Shown here piece by piece: positions 8,723-18,046 of a stretch of DNA of 64,000 nt; the stretch's first letter is position 1; every line of letters begins with the position of its first letter. The notes beneath the pieces are model-generated. The model had not been told where the DNA came from. It saw only the letters and a list, made by a program, of their open reading frames with translations, and searched no databases. The translations under genes were made by a program, and so were the position numbers. The stretch spans positions 37,011 to 101,010 of the forward strand of contig CAWALS010000018.1 of the NCBI GenBank assembly GCA_963782865.1, given 5' to 3'. The DNA is from an uncultured Gammaproteobacteria bacterium (lineage in GTDB: Bacteria > Pseudomonadota > Gammaproteobacteria > Steroidobacterales > Steroidobacteraceae).

Positions 8723-9553
8723 ATGCGGAAATTAGTTCTCGCCGCTGCTGCGCTGAGCATAGGTGCGACCTTCGCGTTAGGGTCGCCGAGCTTTGCGCAA
8801 GCTGCTGATCCGACAATGAATCAAATTTATGAGGCGGCCGCCGGCGGCCATCTCGACCAGGCGCAGCAAATGATTACGCAAGTGCTCGCCGATCATCCTA
8901 CGAGCGCCAAGGCGCACTATGTGCAAGCGGAGCTGTACGCCAAAGAGGGTAAAATTTCGCCCGCCCGCACCGAGCTGGGCATTGCCGAACGCCTGAATCC
9001 GGGTCTGACCTCCTTCAGCCCCCGATCGGTTCAAGAGTTGAAATCGCAGCTGGGTTTGGTCGCTCGCTCGACGGCGCCGCAAATCGTCTCGTTTCCGGCG
9101 CGCTCGGCGCCGCATTTCCCCTGGGGTGGTCTCATTATTGGTCTGATCGTGGTCGGGCTGCTGATGATGCTGTTTCGGCGCCGGACGCCCTATGGCCAGT
9201 ATCCGGTCGCCGGCGGCCCCGGCGTGGGCGGCGCACCAACCGGCTATGGCCCGGGCTACGGCCCCGGTTATGGCCCTGCGCCGATGGGGGGCGGTCTGGG
9301 TTCCGGAATCGCCGGCGGCCTTGCCTCAGGCTTGGCGGTCGGAGCTGGCGTAGTCGCCGGCGAAGAGCTTGCGCATCACTTTTTGGATGGCGGCCGCCCC
9401 GCAGGCGGCGGGGTCATTCCGTCAGCCGACGCGGCCGAGCCCGGCTACAGCAATGGCGATATGGGCGGCAATGACTTCGGCGCCAACGATCCAGGCTCTT
9501 GGGATGACGGCGGCGGCGGCTTGGGCGGCGGCGGCGGAGACGACTGGAGCTAG
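8723..9553 (+). CDS. exported TPR-like protein with a central TM segment and a Gly-rich C-terminus
   Basis: Signal peptide MRKLVLAAAALSIGATFALGSPSFAQA, one TPR-like unit (AKAHYVQAELYAKEGK), TM segment WGGLIIGLIVVGLLMMLF, then GYGPGYGPGYGP/GGGG repeats. Confidence 0.65.
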   Translation: MRKLVLAAAALSIGATFALGSPSFAQAADPTMNQIYEAAAGGHLDQAQQMITQVLADHPTSAKAHYVQAELYAKEGKISPARTELGIAERLNPGLTSFSPRSVQELKSQLGLVARSTAPQIVSFPARSAPHFPWGGLIIGLIVVGLLMMLFRRRTPYGQYPVAGGPGVGGAPTGYGPGYGPGYGPAPMGGGLGSGIAGGLASGLAVGAGVVAGEELAHHFLDGGRPAGGGVIPSADAAEPGYSNGDMGGNDFGANDPGSWDDGGGGLGGGGGDDWS

Positions 9554-9595
9554 CCGCACGCGCGAACCCTAAGAAATTCAAGGAATTCCCCGTTC

Positions 9596-9623
9596 GGGCG
9601 CCTCTCAAAGGCGCCCTTTTTAT
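9596..9623. terminator. rho-independent terminator hairpin GGGCGCC-TCTCAAA-GGCGCCC followed by TTTTTATT
   Basis: 7-bp GC stem plus a T tract immediately after the TPR gene. Its T tract overlaps the stop of the convergent DsbA-like gene. Confidence 0.65.
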
Positions 9624-10168
9624 TGATGCCGCGACAGCGCCGCGGCGACCGCGTCGTGCAACGCCTTCATGCCGAATGAAATGTCCTGAACCACGCCGTT
9701 TAGAAAGAATGTGGGCGTGGCTCGAATGTGACTGAGGCGGCCGCTTGCAATGTGCTCGCGGACCTTCTGCAAGTAGATGTGATCGTCCATCTCCGCGACA
9801 TAGCGCGCCATATCCAAGTTCAATTCCTCGGCATGGTGCTGCAGATCCGCGGCCTTCAAATGCGCCTGGTTGCGGAACAGCAGATCGTACATCGGCCAAA
9901 ATTGGCCCTGGGCGGCAGCCGCCTCGGCGGCTTCGGCCGCCCGCAGCGCATGCGGATGCGCCTCCTCCAAGGGAAAATTTCGGAAGATGAAACGCACCTG
10001 GTTCGGAAAGCGCTCCATCAGAAGGGTCGGGGTGGTGGCCGCGACCTTGCAGCTCGGGCACTCAAAGTCTCCATACTCCACCACGACGATCCGCGCGTGC
10101 GCAGGCCCCTGGGAATGATCGGTCGGTTCCGGCGGAACCGCCAAGGTGACCGGATGTGTTGCACTCAT
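9620..10168 (-). CDS. DsbA-family thioredoxin-fold protein (CPSC active site), no recognisable signal peptide
   Basis: 182 aa with VVVEYGDFECPSCK and a C-terminal TPTFFLNG cis-Pro loop region. The N-terminus MSATHPVTLAVPPEPTDHSQG is hydrophilic. Confidence 0.8.
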   Translation of the reverse strand: MSATHPVTLAVPPEPTDHSQGPAHARIVVVEYGDFECPSCKVAATTPTLLMERFPNQVRFIFRNFPLEEAHPHALRAAEAAEAAAAQGQFWPMYDLLFRNQAHLKAADLQHHAEELNLDMARYVAEMDDHIYLQKVREHIASGRLSHIRATPTFFLNGVVQDISFGMKALHDAVAAALSRHQ

Positions 10169-10190
10169 TGCCGCCCTACCTCTGGTGTAC

Positions 10191-11234
10191 TCACTTGCCG
10201 CCGGCTCGATGCAGCGGCATCTCTATCGGTCGGATCGTCGTCTTGATCACGCTCGATCGGCGCAATAACTGCAATTCGCATTCCCGGCCGATCAGGCTTG
10301 CATCGAGGGTACGCTGCAGGCCGTCGATTCCGTTGATGCGCACGCCGTCGAGCGCAACCATGCGATCTCCCGTCTGCACACCCGCGAGGGCGGCCGGGCT
10401 GCCCGCCACGATATCGGCCACATGCACCGCCGTGTTGCCCGGCAAACTGAAATGCCGCACCACCCGCGTCGCGATCGGCACGGTGGCGCCGGAAACGCCG
10501 ATGTACGCGCGGCGTACCCTGCCGTGCGCAAACATCTGGCCAATGACCCATTTTGCCGTATTGATCCCGGTGGCAAAACAAATCGCCTGGGCCTGCGGGA
10601 TCATCGCGGTGTTGACTCCGATCACCCGCCCCTTCGAGTCAACCAGCGGACCGCCGGAGTTGCCCGGATTGAGCGCCGCGTCGGTCTGAATGACATCGTG
10701 CATGAGCCGGCCGGATTTTGCGCGCAAGGTGCGGCCCAGCGCCGATACCACGCCCGTGGTCACGGTCTTCGAATAGCCGAGCGGATTGCCGATGGCAATG
10801 GCAACCTGACCCACCTTCAAACGCGACGAATCGCCGAACTCCGCATAGGGCAGCGCGCTGGGGTGTCCGATCCTAAGGACGGCCAAGTCCGAGTCCGGAT
10901 CGTTGCCCACCAGGTCGGCGTTGAACCGCGTATCGTCGTTCAGACGTACCGCGATCTCATCGGCCCCATCCACGACATGACTGTTGGTGAGCAGATAGCC
11001 GTCGGGCGTGAACAGAAAACCTGATCCGCTGGCCTGCTCCGCACGCCGGCCGCGTGCGCCCGCGCGGGCTGCACCGGTCGTTTCGATGAAAGTCACCGCG
11101 GGCGCGACTCGCTCGAGCGCGCCGATCACCGCGCCCGAGTAGGCATCGAGCAACGGCGCATCATCGACATCGGCATTGCCGCCCGCGGCCACCGCGCCGT
11201 CATTTGCAGCCCATTGCGGCCTCAGCATGTTCAT
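10191..11234 (-). CDS. HtrA/DegP-like S1C serine protease with one PDZ domain, no recognisable signal peptide
   Basis: Catalytic triad context TNSHVV / DSDLAVL / GNSGGPL. PDZ-like region VADIVAGSPAALAGVQTGDRMVALDG. The start codon overlaps the htpG stop by 1 nt (TGATG). Confidence 0.85.
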   Translation of the reverse strand: MNMLRPQWAANDGAVAAGGNADVDDAPLLDAYSGAVIGALERVAPAVTFIETTGAARAGARGRRAEQASGSGFLFTPDGYLLTNSHVVDGADEIAVRLNDDTRFNADLVGNDPDSDLAVLRIGHPSALPYAEFGDSSRLKVGQVAIAIGNPLGYSKTVTTGVVSALGRTLRAKSGRLMHDVIQTDAALNPGNSGGPLVDSKGRVIGVNTAMIPQAQAICFATGINTAKWVIGQMFAHGRVRRAYIGVSGATVPIATRVVRHFSLPGNTAVHVADIVAGSPAALAGVQTGDRMVALDGVRINGIDGLQRTLDASLIGRECELQLLRRSSVIKTTIRPIEMPLHRAGGK

Positions 11235-13129
11235 CAGCTCAGGATAATTTTGGGTTGCGCCGAGAGGCCTTCCACGATGAGCCGGTTCACGCGCCGCACG
11301 AAGCTCGCCGGGTCGTCCAACTCGCCGCCCTCCGCCAGCATTGCCTGGTCATACAGCACGTGGGCTAAATCAGCGAACGCTTCCGGGTCGGCCGTGTCGT
11401 TGAGCCGCAGCGTCAGTGGGTGCTTGGGATTCAGTTCGAGGATCGGCAGCGTGGCAAAAGGATTGTTCTGGCCTGCCTGCTTGAGGATGCGGCCCATTCG
11501 CAAGCTCACACCGAACTCGCCCGCGATCAATACCGCCGGTGAATCCGTGAGGCGCGCCGAAACTTGCGCCTTGGCGATCTTACCCGCCAGTGCCTTGGCG
11601 AGGCGATCCAGGGTGTCCTTGAACGCGCTTTCCGCGGCGGCCTTCTCCGGTGTTTCGATGGCCGAGGCGACATCGGCCGCGGCGCTGGCGACATTCGCGA
11701 GAGGCTTGGCCTCGAACTCGTGCAAATGTCCCGCCACCCATTCATCGATGCGGTCGGTCAGCAACAGAACTTCCATGCCCTTGGCGCGGAAGCCCTCCAG
11801 GTGCGGACTGTTGCGGGCCGCCGCCAAGGTATCGGCGGTGAGGTAGTAAATGGCCTTTTGATCGGCCTTCATCCGCGACACATAGGCCTCGAGCGTGACA
11901 TTGGGTGCATCGCCACCCTCCGCCGTCGAATGAAAGCGCAGCAGTTTCGCGATCCGAATCTTGTTGGCCGGATCATCGATGATGCCCTCCTTCAAGACCG
12001 TGCCGAAAGCTTGCCAAAAATCCGCGTATTCCTGCGGTTTGTTCGCGGCCAGATCCTCGAGCAGATCCAGCGTGCGCTTGACCAGGGCCGCTTTGATTTT
12101 CTCGACGGTGCGATTGTTTTGCAGCAGCTCGCGCGACACGTTCAAGGGCAAATCGGACGAATCCACCAGTCCGCGCATGAAGCGCAAGTACGGCGGCAAC
12201 AGCTCCGCCGCCTTGTCCATGATGAATACACGCTTGACGTATAACTGGATGCCGGCTTTCTGCTCGCGGTCGTACAAATCGAACGGCGCATGCTTCGGCA
12301 GGTACAGCAGCGAGGTATATTCGATGTTGCCTTCAACCTTGTTATGCGCCCAGATCCGCGCATCCTCGGCATCATGAGAGATGTGCTTGTAGAACGCCTG
12401 GTAGTCCTCGTCCTTCAGTTCCGATTTCGGCCGCGTCCAAAACGCCTTCGCTTGATTCAACGTCTCTTCGGTAGCGCCCGACTTGAGGACGATCGGGATG
12501 CTCAAGTGATCGGAGTACTTACGCACCAATTGGCGCAGGCGCGCCGCCTCCAGGAACTCCTTATCCTCATCCCGCAGGTGCAAAATGACTTCGGTGCCGC
12601 GCTCGGTCTTGTCGGCGGCTTGAATCTCGTATTGGCCTTCGCCGTCGGACTCCCAGCGCACGGCCGGCGAATCGCTGCGTTTGGTGAGCACGGTGACTTT
12701 GTCGGCAACGATGAAAGCTGAATAAAAGCCGACGCCGAATTGACCGATCAGCTGCGCGTCCCTGGCGGAATCGCCGCTCAACGTCTCCAGGAATTTCTTG
12801 GTACCGGAGCGCGCGATGGTGCCGAGATTGTCGATGATCTCCGCCTCGCTCATTCCGATGCCGTTGTCCTTGATGCTCAAGGTGCCGGCGCTCGTGTCCG
12901 GGGTCAGCGTGACCGACAGCGCATCGCTGCCCAAAAGCTCCGGGTGGGCGATCGCCTCGAAGCGCAATTTTTCGCAGGCGTCGGAGGCATTCGAGATCAA
13001 CTCGCGCAGGAAAATCTCCTTGTGCGAATACAGCGAGTGGATCACCAGACGCAGGACCTGCTTGGTTTCGGCCTGGAACTCCTTGATTTGCGCCTTGTTT
13101 GCAGACGCGGGCTCGGTTTCTGTCGTCAT
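11234..13129 (-). CDS. htpG: molecular chaperone HtpG (Hsp90)
   Basis: 631 aa with LYSHKEIFLRELISNASDA, DNGIGM, GQFGVGFYSAF and a full middle and C-terminal domain. Confidence 0.95.
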   Translation of the reverse strand: MTTETEPASANKAQIKEFQAETKQVLRLVIHSLYSHKEIFLRELISNASDACEKLRFEAIAHPELLGSDALSVTLTPDTSAGTLSIKDNGIGMSEAEIIDNLGTIARSGTKKFLETLSGDSARDAQLIGQFGVGFYSAFIVADKVTVLTKRSDSPAVRWESDGEGQYEIQAADKTERGTEVILHLRDEDKEFLEAARLRQLVRKYSDHLSIPIVLKSGATEETLNQAKAFWTRPKSELKDEDYQAFYKHISHDAEDARIWAHNKVEGNIEYTSLLYLPKHAPFDLYDREQKAGIQLYVKRVFIMDKAAELLPPYLRFMRGLVDSSDLPLNVSRELLQNNRTVEKIKAALVKRTLDLLEDLAANKPQEYADFWQAFGTVLKEGIIDDPANKIRIAKLLRFHSTAEGGDAPNVTLEAYVSRMKADQKAIYYLTADTLAAARNSPHLEGFRAKGMEVLLLTDRIDEWVAGHLHEFEAKPLANVASAAADVASAIETPEKAAAESAFKDTLDRLAKALAGKIAKAQVSARLTDSPAVLIAGEFGVSLRMGRILKQAGQNNPFATLPILELNPKHPLTLRLNDTADPEAFADLAHVLYDQAMLAEGGELDDPASFVRRVNRLIVEGLSAQPKIILS

Positions 13130-13160
13130 GGCCTTGAGTGTTTAGGGTTGGTACGCCTCA

Positions 13161-13188
13161 AGTTGGGGCCGCCGACCGATTCTTCAAG
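13161..13188 (-). promoter_or_regulatory. sigma-32 (heat-shock) type promoter upstream of htpG
   Basis: The minus strand reads CTTGAA (13188-13183), a 14-nt spacer, then CCCCAACT (13168-13161). Consensus is CTTGAAA-N13-15-CCCCATNT. Located ~30 nt upstream of the htpG ATG. Confidence 0.55.
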
Positions 13189-13249
13189 CTGGGAGCCTGT
13201 CTGAGCATTCCGCGTGGCCGCGTTGGCTCTGCAAGAGGCATAATCCCGC

Positions 13250-14236
13250 ATGGCGAGAAGCGGCAGCCTCAAGGCGGTATGGGCAGCGCTGGCCGGCAAT
13301 ATGCTGGTGGCAGCGGCGAAATTCGCTGCCGCCGCGATGACCGGTTCGGCGGCCATGCTGAGCGAGGCGGTGCATTCGCTGGTCGACACGATCAATGAGC
13401 TCCTGCTGCTGTACGGCATCGCCCGCTCCGCTCGACCCGCGGATCGGCTACACCCCTTTGGCTACGGCCGCGAGCTGTATTTTTGGAGCTTTGTGGTGGC
13501 ATTGCTGATTTTCGCATTGGGCGCCGGTGTTTCGGCCTACCAGGGTATCGAGCGCCTGCTGCAGCCGCAACCCATTGAACGGCCGCTGGTGATCTACCTG
13601 GTACTCGCCGCGTCCTTGATATTCGAAGGCAGCTCCTGGCTGATTGGAGCGAGGGCATTCAGGCGCGCCAAGCGCAACTTGAGTTGGTGGGAGGCGTTTC
13701 GGCAATCGAAGGACCCCCCGGCATTCATCGTGGTCTTCGAGGACTCAGCCGCGGTTTTGGGGATTATGGTCGCGGCGGCCGGCACCACCGCGGCGCTCCT
13801 GACGGCCGACAGCCGTTGGGACGGCGTTGCGTCGCTGTTGATTGCGGCTCTCCTGGCCGGCGTCGCGGCACTATTGGCTCAGGAGTCGAAGGCGCTGCTC
13901 ATCGGCGAGCGCGCCGACCCCGCGGTAAGCGATGCCGTCATCCGCATCGCCGCCGGGATGCCGGGCGTGTGCAATGCCAACAGCATCGCCACCCTGCATC
14001 TCGCGCCGAACAGCATCGTGGTCTACTTGAGTCTCGATTTCTTCGACTATATGCGGGCGCCGGACATCGAACGCGCCGTGGTGGAGTTGGAGAAGCAGAT
14101 CCGCGGCACTCACCCCGAGGTATCCGCCGTTTTCGTGAAACCGCAGAGCGTGCAGGTTGCGAATGGCCAAAGCGAAACGCTCATGTCGCCCGATGTCGTG
14201 CTGCGCGAGGATGTGCTGACCGGCGGTGGAGGCTAA
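13250..14236 (+). CDS. cation diffusion facilitator (CDF) family metal efflux transporter
   Basis: 328 aa with AAMLSEAVHSLVDT, six TM segments and a C-terminal cytoplasmic domain. Confidence 0.85.
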   Translation: MARSGSLKAVWAALAGNMLVAAAKFAAAAMTGSAAMLSEAVHSLVDTINELLLLYGIARSARPADRLHPFGYGRELYFWSFVVALLIFALGAGVSAYQGIERLLQPQPIERPLVIYLVLAASLIFEGSSWLIGARAFRRAKRNLSWWEAFRQSKDPPAFIVVFEDSAAVLGIMVAAAGTTAALLTADSRWDGVASLLIAALLAGVAALLAQESKALLIGERADPAVSDAVIRIAAGMPGVCNANSIATLHLAPNSIVVYLSLDFFDYMRAPDIERAVVELEKQIRGTHPEVSAVFVKPQSVQVANGQSETLMSPDVVLREDVLTGGGG

Positions 14237-16426
14237 ACCAACAGTTGCGGATCGATCGGCAGGCTGCGAATCCGCACGCCCGCTCGCCGCGAACAGCGCA
14301 TTGCACAAGGCCGGCAGCACCGGCGGCAATGCCGGCTCGCCCAAGCCGGTGGGCGCATGCTCGGTCCTCAGAAAATGTACTTCGACGGGCGGCGCTTGAT
14401 CCATGCGCAACAATAAAAAATCGTCGAAATTGCTTTGCACCACTCGGCCGTTTTCGAGCGTAATGCGCTGGCCCAAGGCCTCGCCGATGCCGTCCAGCGC
14501 CGCGCCCTGGACTTGGTTTTCGGCGCCCGTCGGATTGATGATCTGGCTGCCGACGTCGCTGGCCACCCAGACCTTGTCGACCCGGATTTTGCCGCCGGCG
14601 GCGACTGTCGCATGCACCACTTCCGCGAAATATCCCAGATGGCTGTAATAAAATGCCACGCCCATTCCGGAGCCCTTCGGGGGCTTGCGCCGGGCCCAAC
14701 CGGATTTATCGCGGACCAGCGCCAGCACATCGATCATGCGGCCGCTGTCGAACGCACCGACTTGACGGCGCTCGCCGAGCAGATCGATCCGATATTGCAG
14801 GGGATCCTGGCCCGCGGCATGCGCGAGCTCGTCGATGAAGGATTGAAACACGAATGCCAGCGCGTTGCTGCCGGGTGCCCGCAAGGGCCCGGTCGGAACC
14901 CCGAGGGGCATGAAAGAGATCCCCAGATTGAGGTTGGGCACGAACTTCGCGGGGAACTCGTTGGCGCTCATGCCGGCGCTCGGCGCCGCCTTGCCGTTCT
15001 CGCCGAAAGTCACGAAATGATCGCTGAACGCCTGTAATTTCCCCGCCCCATCGAGACCGGCTTTGAAGAAATGAAAGCCCGCGGGGCGGTAGAAATCGTG
15101 CTGCATATCGTCTTGCCGATTCCACAGGAGCTTGACCGGCGCACCGGCCTGCTTCGAAATCCACGCCGCCTCCACCATGTAGTCGTTCATGAGTCGCCGC
15201 CCGAATCCGCCGCCGCAACGAGTCATGTGAATGGTGATGTCCGCATCCGTCAACCCCAGCGTCTTCGCGACGATTTTTCGCCCCGCGTCCGGATTTTGCG
15301 TCGGCGCCCAGATTTCCACCTTGCCGTCGTGAAAGTGCGCCGTGCAATTCTGCGGCTCCAGCGTTGCGTGCGAAATGAAGGGATAGCTGTATGCCGCCTC
15401 CAGTTTCTGCGCGGATGCGCCGAGCGCCTGCGTCACGTCGCCGTCGGCCACCAGGTTCTCGCCAGGCGCCTGCCGCGCAAGCTCGACGGCTTGTTTGGCA
15501 AATCCGGCGCTGCTTTGCGCGGCGCTCGCTCCTTCGTCCCAGACGACCTGCAGCGTCTCGCGTGCCTGGTTGACCAGCCACCAATTCGTGCCGACGATGG
15601 CTACGCCGCCGACCAGTCCGTTGAAAACAGGGCCGCCGCTCACAATGAAGGCATCGCGCACGCCCGCTCGCGCCTTGACCGCATCCAGATTGGCACTTGC
15701 TACCTTGGCGCCGAATACCGGGGATTTCACGAATACCGCGTACAGCATGCCCGGTACCGTGACGTCGATGCCGAACAACGGCTTGCCCGTGACCACCAAG
15801 GGACTGTCCACTCCGGGCTGCGATTTGCCGATGATTTTGAAATTCTTCGGATCCTTGAGGACCACTTGCGCCAGGTCCGGCGCCGCGAGCATCGCGGCTT
15901 TGGACGCCAAGTGCCCATAGCGCAGTGAACGCTTGGTCGGGACGTGAATCACCTTGCCGGAATCGGTGTCGCATTCCGAAACGGGCACGGCCCAGCTTTG
16001 GGCTGCGGCATTCATGAGCATTTGGCGCGCGGCCGCCCCGACTCGCCGCAGCGGCTCCCAATTCAGCGGCGTCGCGCGGCTGCCGCCGGCGAATTGCCTT
16101 CCATATCGCGCCGGATCGCTGAGCGCTTGTTCGATATGCACACTGGCCCAATCCACGTCCAGTTCCTCCGCGATCAACATCGGCAGCATGGTCTTGATGC
16201 CCTGTCCGATTTCCGGATTCTTGGACATGATGGTGACGGCGCCGTCGTTGGCTATCTGCACGAAGGCGTTGAGCGTGCCCGCTCCTTGCGGGGAACTCGC
16301 TCGGGCGCGCAGCGCTCCGGGCAGCGAAAAATCCAGCAACAAGCCGCCGCCGACGGCGACGCTGGCGCGCAGGAACGCGCGGCGCGATTCGCCGCTCACG
16401 CGAGCGCCCTGGTTGGCGCGCATCAT
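14233..16426 (-). pseudogene. aldehyde oxidase/xanthine dehydrogenase-family molybdopterin subunit (IorB-like), with a single frameshift near the 3' end
   Basis: Start [28 protein letters not shown] (Tat signal). The expected C-terminus ...ASGVRIRSLPIDPQLLV* is in the +1 frame after the CCC run at 14279-14281. The uninterrupted frame instead runs on into the CDF gene (track ORF to 13871). Confidence 0.8.
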
Positions 16427-16907
16427 GTGAAGGTATCCCGGCTGTCGGCGTCGGCATGCCGGCGGCCTGTTTGATCGCGGCGCGAATGCGCGCGTAGGTA
16501 GCGCAGCGGCAAAGGTTGCCTGACATGGCCTGGTCAATATCCGTATCGCTGGGCTTGGGATTCTTCGCGAGCAGCGCGCTGGCGGACATGATTTGGCCCG
16601 CCTGACAATAACCACATTGCACCACGTCGACCGCCAGCCAGGCCCTTTGCACTGCCTTGCCTGAGGCGCTGGCGGCAACCCCTTCGATGGTGGTGATGGA
16701 CGCAGACCCCACCGACGATACCGGCGTCACGCACGAACGAATGGCAGCGCCGTTCGAATGCACGGTACAGGCGCCGCAAAAGCTTGCGCCGCAGCCAAAC
16801 TTGGTGCCTTTCAGGTCGAGCAAATCCCGAAGCACCCACAGCAAAGGCATCTCAGGGTCGGCCTCGACCGCGCGGGCCTTGCCATTGATCCGAAGCGTGT
16901 ATTGCAT
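16423..16907 (-). pseudogene. (2Fe-2S)-binding small subunit of the molybdoenzyme (IorA-like), with a probable single frameshift just before its stop
   Basis: [10 protein letters not shown]...[12 protein letters not shown]...[10 protein letters not shown]...[19 protein letters not shown]. The frame then stays open for 743 aa. A one-base change at the CCC run 16437-16439 would give ...TFT* with a TGA overlapping the IorB ATG (ATGA), the usual arrangement. Confidence 0.75.
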
Positions 16908-16980
16908 GGCAACTCCCTCGAGTAATGCTGCGCTCAAGTTTACGCGCTCTTAAGCCCGCCTGAGTATTCGTCGTGGCCTG

Positions 16981-17856
16981 TCAAGGCCAGTCGGCGCGCG
17001 GATCGAATTTGAAATCGCGCTTCATACGCTCGTAGGCTTCCTTCTCCGTGGCGCTATGCGCCGTCGGCGTGACCAATTTGATGATGACCATCTGGTCCCC
17101 GGCCGGGCTGCCCGGAAGCCCTCGGGCACGCAGCCTGAGCTTCTGACCGGACTGGGCTCCTGCAGGCACGGTCAGCTCCACCGTTCCGCCCAGCGTTGGG
17201 ACCGCGACCTTCGCACCCAAAGCCGCCTCCCAGGGAGCCAGGGGCAATTCAACCTGAACATCCTTGCCGGCCACCTCGTAGAGATGATGCGGGCGCAAGC
17301 GAATGCGAAAAATCAGCGAATTGCGGCCGCCTATCCCGGGAATCCGCAGCGGTTGCCCTTCAGTGACGCCCCGAGGAATTTGCACGTCAACCTGGCGCTG
17401 CCGACCGTGCTCGTTCAGCGTCACGCGCCGCTTGGTGCCGGCGTAGGCCTCTTCCAATGTGACGTCCAAGTGACCGGCTTCCGAATCGGTTTGCCCGGCG
17501 TTGCCGCTGCCCAAACCTCCGCCGCCAAACAGGCTGGAGAAGAAATCGCTGAAACCATTAAGATCCGAGAATCGTTGGCCGCCGGCGTTTCCAAATCGCT
17601 GCGACCAGTCGGGCGGCGGCCGAAACTGCTGTCCATTGCGAAAATCGCGGCCCAGATGGTCGTAGGCGGCACGCTTATCGGTGTCGCGCAGGACTTCGTA
17701 AGCCTCCTGCACCTGTTTGAATTTCTCCTCGGCATTCTTTTCCTTGCTGACATCCGGGTGGAATTTGCGCGCCAGCTTGCGATACGCCCGCTTCACTTCA
17801 TCGGCATCGGCGCTTCGCGTCAGCCCAAGAATTTCGTAATAGTCCCGATATTGCAT
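16981..17856 (-). CDS. cbpA: curved DNA-binding protein CbpA (DnaJ-like co-chaperone without zinc finger)
   Basis: J-domain DYYEILGL...KFHPDVSKE, a G/F region, C-terminal substrate-binding domains and no CxxCxGxG repeats. Confidence 0.85.
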   Translation of the reverse strand: MQYRDYYEILGLTRSADADEVKRAYRKLARKFHPDVSKEKNAEEKFKQVQEAYEVLRDTDKRAAYDHLGRDFRNGQQFRPPPDWSQRFGNAGGQRFSDLNGFSDFFSSLFGGGGLGSGNAGQTDSEAGHLDVTLEEAYAGTKRRVTLNEHGRQRQVDVQIPRGVTEGQPLRIPGIGGRNSLIFRIRLRPHHLYEVAGKDVQVELPLAPWEAALGAKVAVPTLGGTVELTVPAGAQSGQKLRLRARGLPGSPAGDQMVIIKLVTPTAHSATEKEAYERMKRDFKFDPRADWP

Positions 17857-17966
17857 GCCCTAACTCTGAAAAATTAATGTTCTATTTTACAGTAACTTAG
17901 CTAATCGTTGGCCGCATGGTGGTCAGATGGGGGAATCGACGCCAGTTAGCCATCCGCCCACTTTAG

Positions 17967-17995
17967 CTTGAAATTGAACCTCAACGTCCCGACCT
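17967..17995 (+). promoter_or_regulatory. sigma-32 type promoter upstream of htpX
   Basis: CTTGAAA (17967-17973), a 14-nt spacer, then CCCGACCT (17988-17995). Located ~50 nt before the htpX ATG. Confidence 0.55.
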
Positions 17996-18046
17996 AACCT
18001 TAGCCGCGTTAGCATATTGCGGCTCTTTTTTCCGATCCGAAGCGCC

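Noticed and set aside
13871-14232. Apparent 120-codon C-terminal extension of the molybdopterin subunit overlapping the CDF transporter gene
   Set aside because: The conserved C-terminus with its stop is present in the +1 frame at 14233. The extension is antisense to a well-supported CDF gene.
14706-16937. 743-aa ORF that looks like a fusion of the 2Fe-2S subunit to a large C-terminal domain
   Set aside because: Only the first ~160 aa have ferredoxin-subunit motifs. The remainder is the out-of-frame reading of the molybdopterin subunit (Arg/Gly-rich). It is explained by a single-base indel just before the expected stop.
17857-17960. Sigma-32 promoter for cbpA
   Set aside because: A perfect CCCCATCT -10-like element exists on the minus strand, but no CTTGAA-like -35 lies at 13-15 nt. 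I did not list it as a feature.
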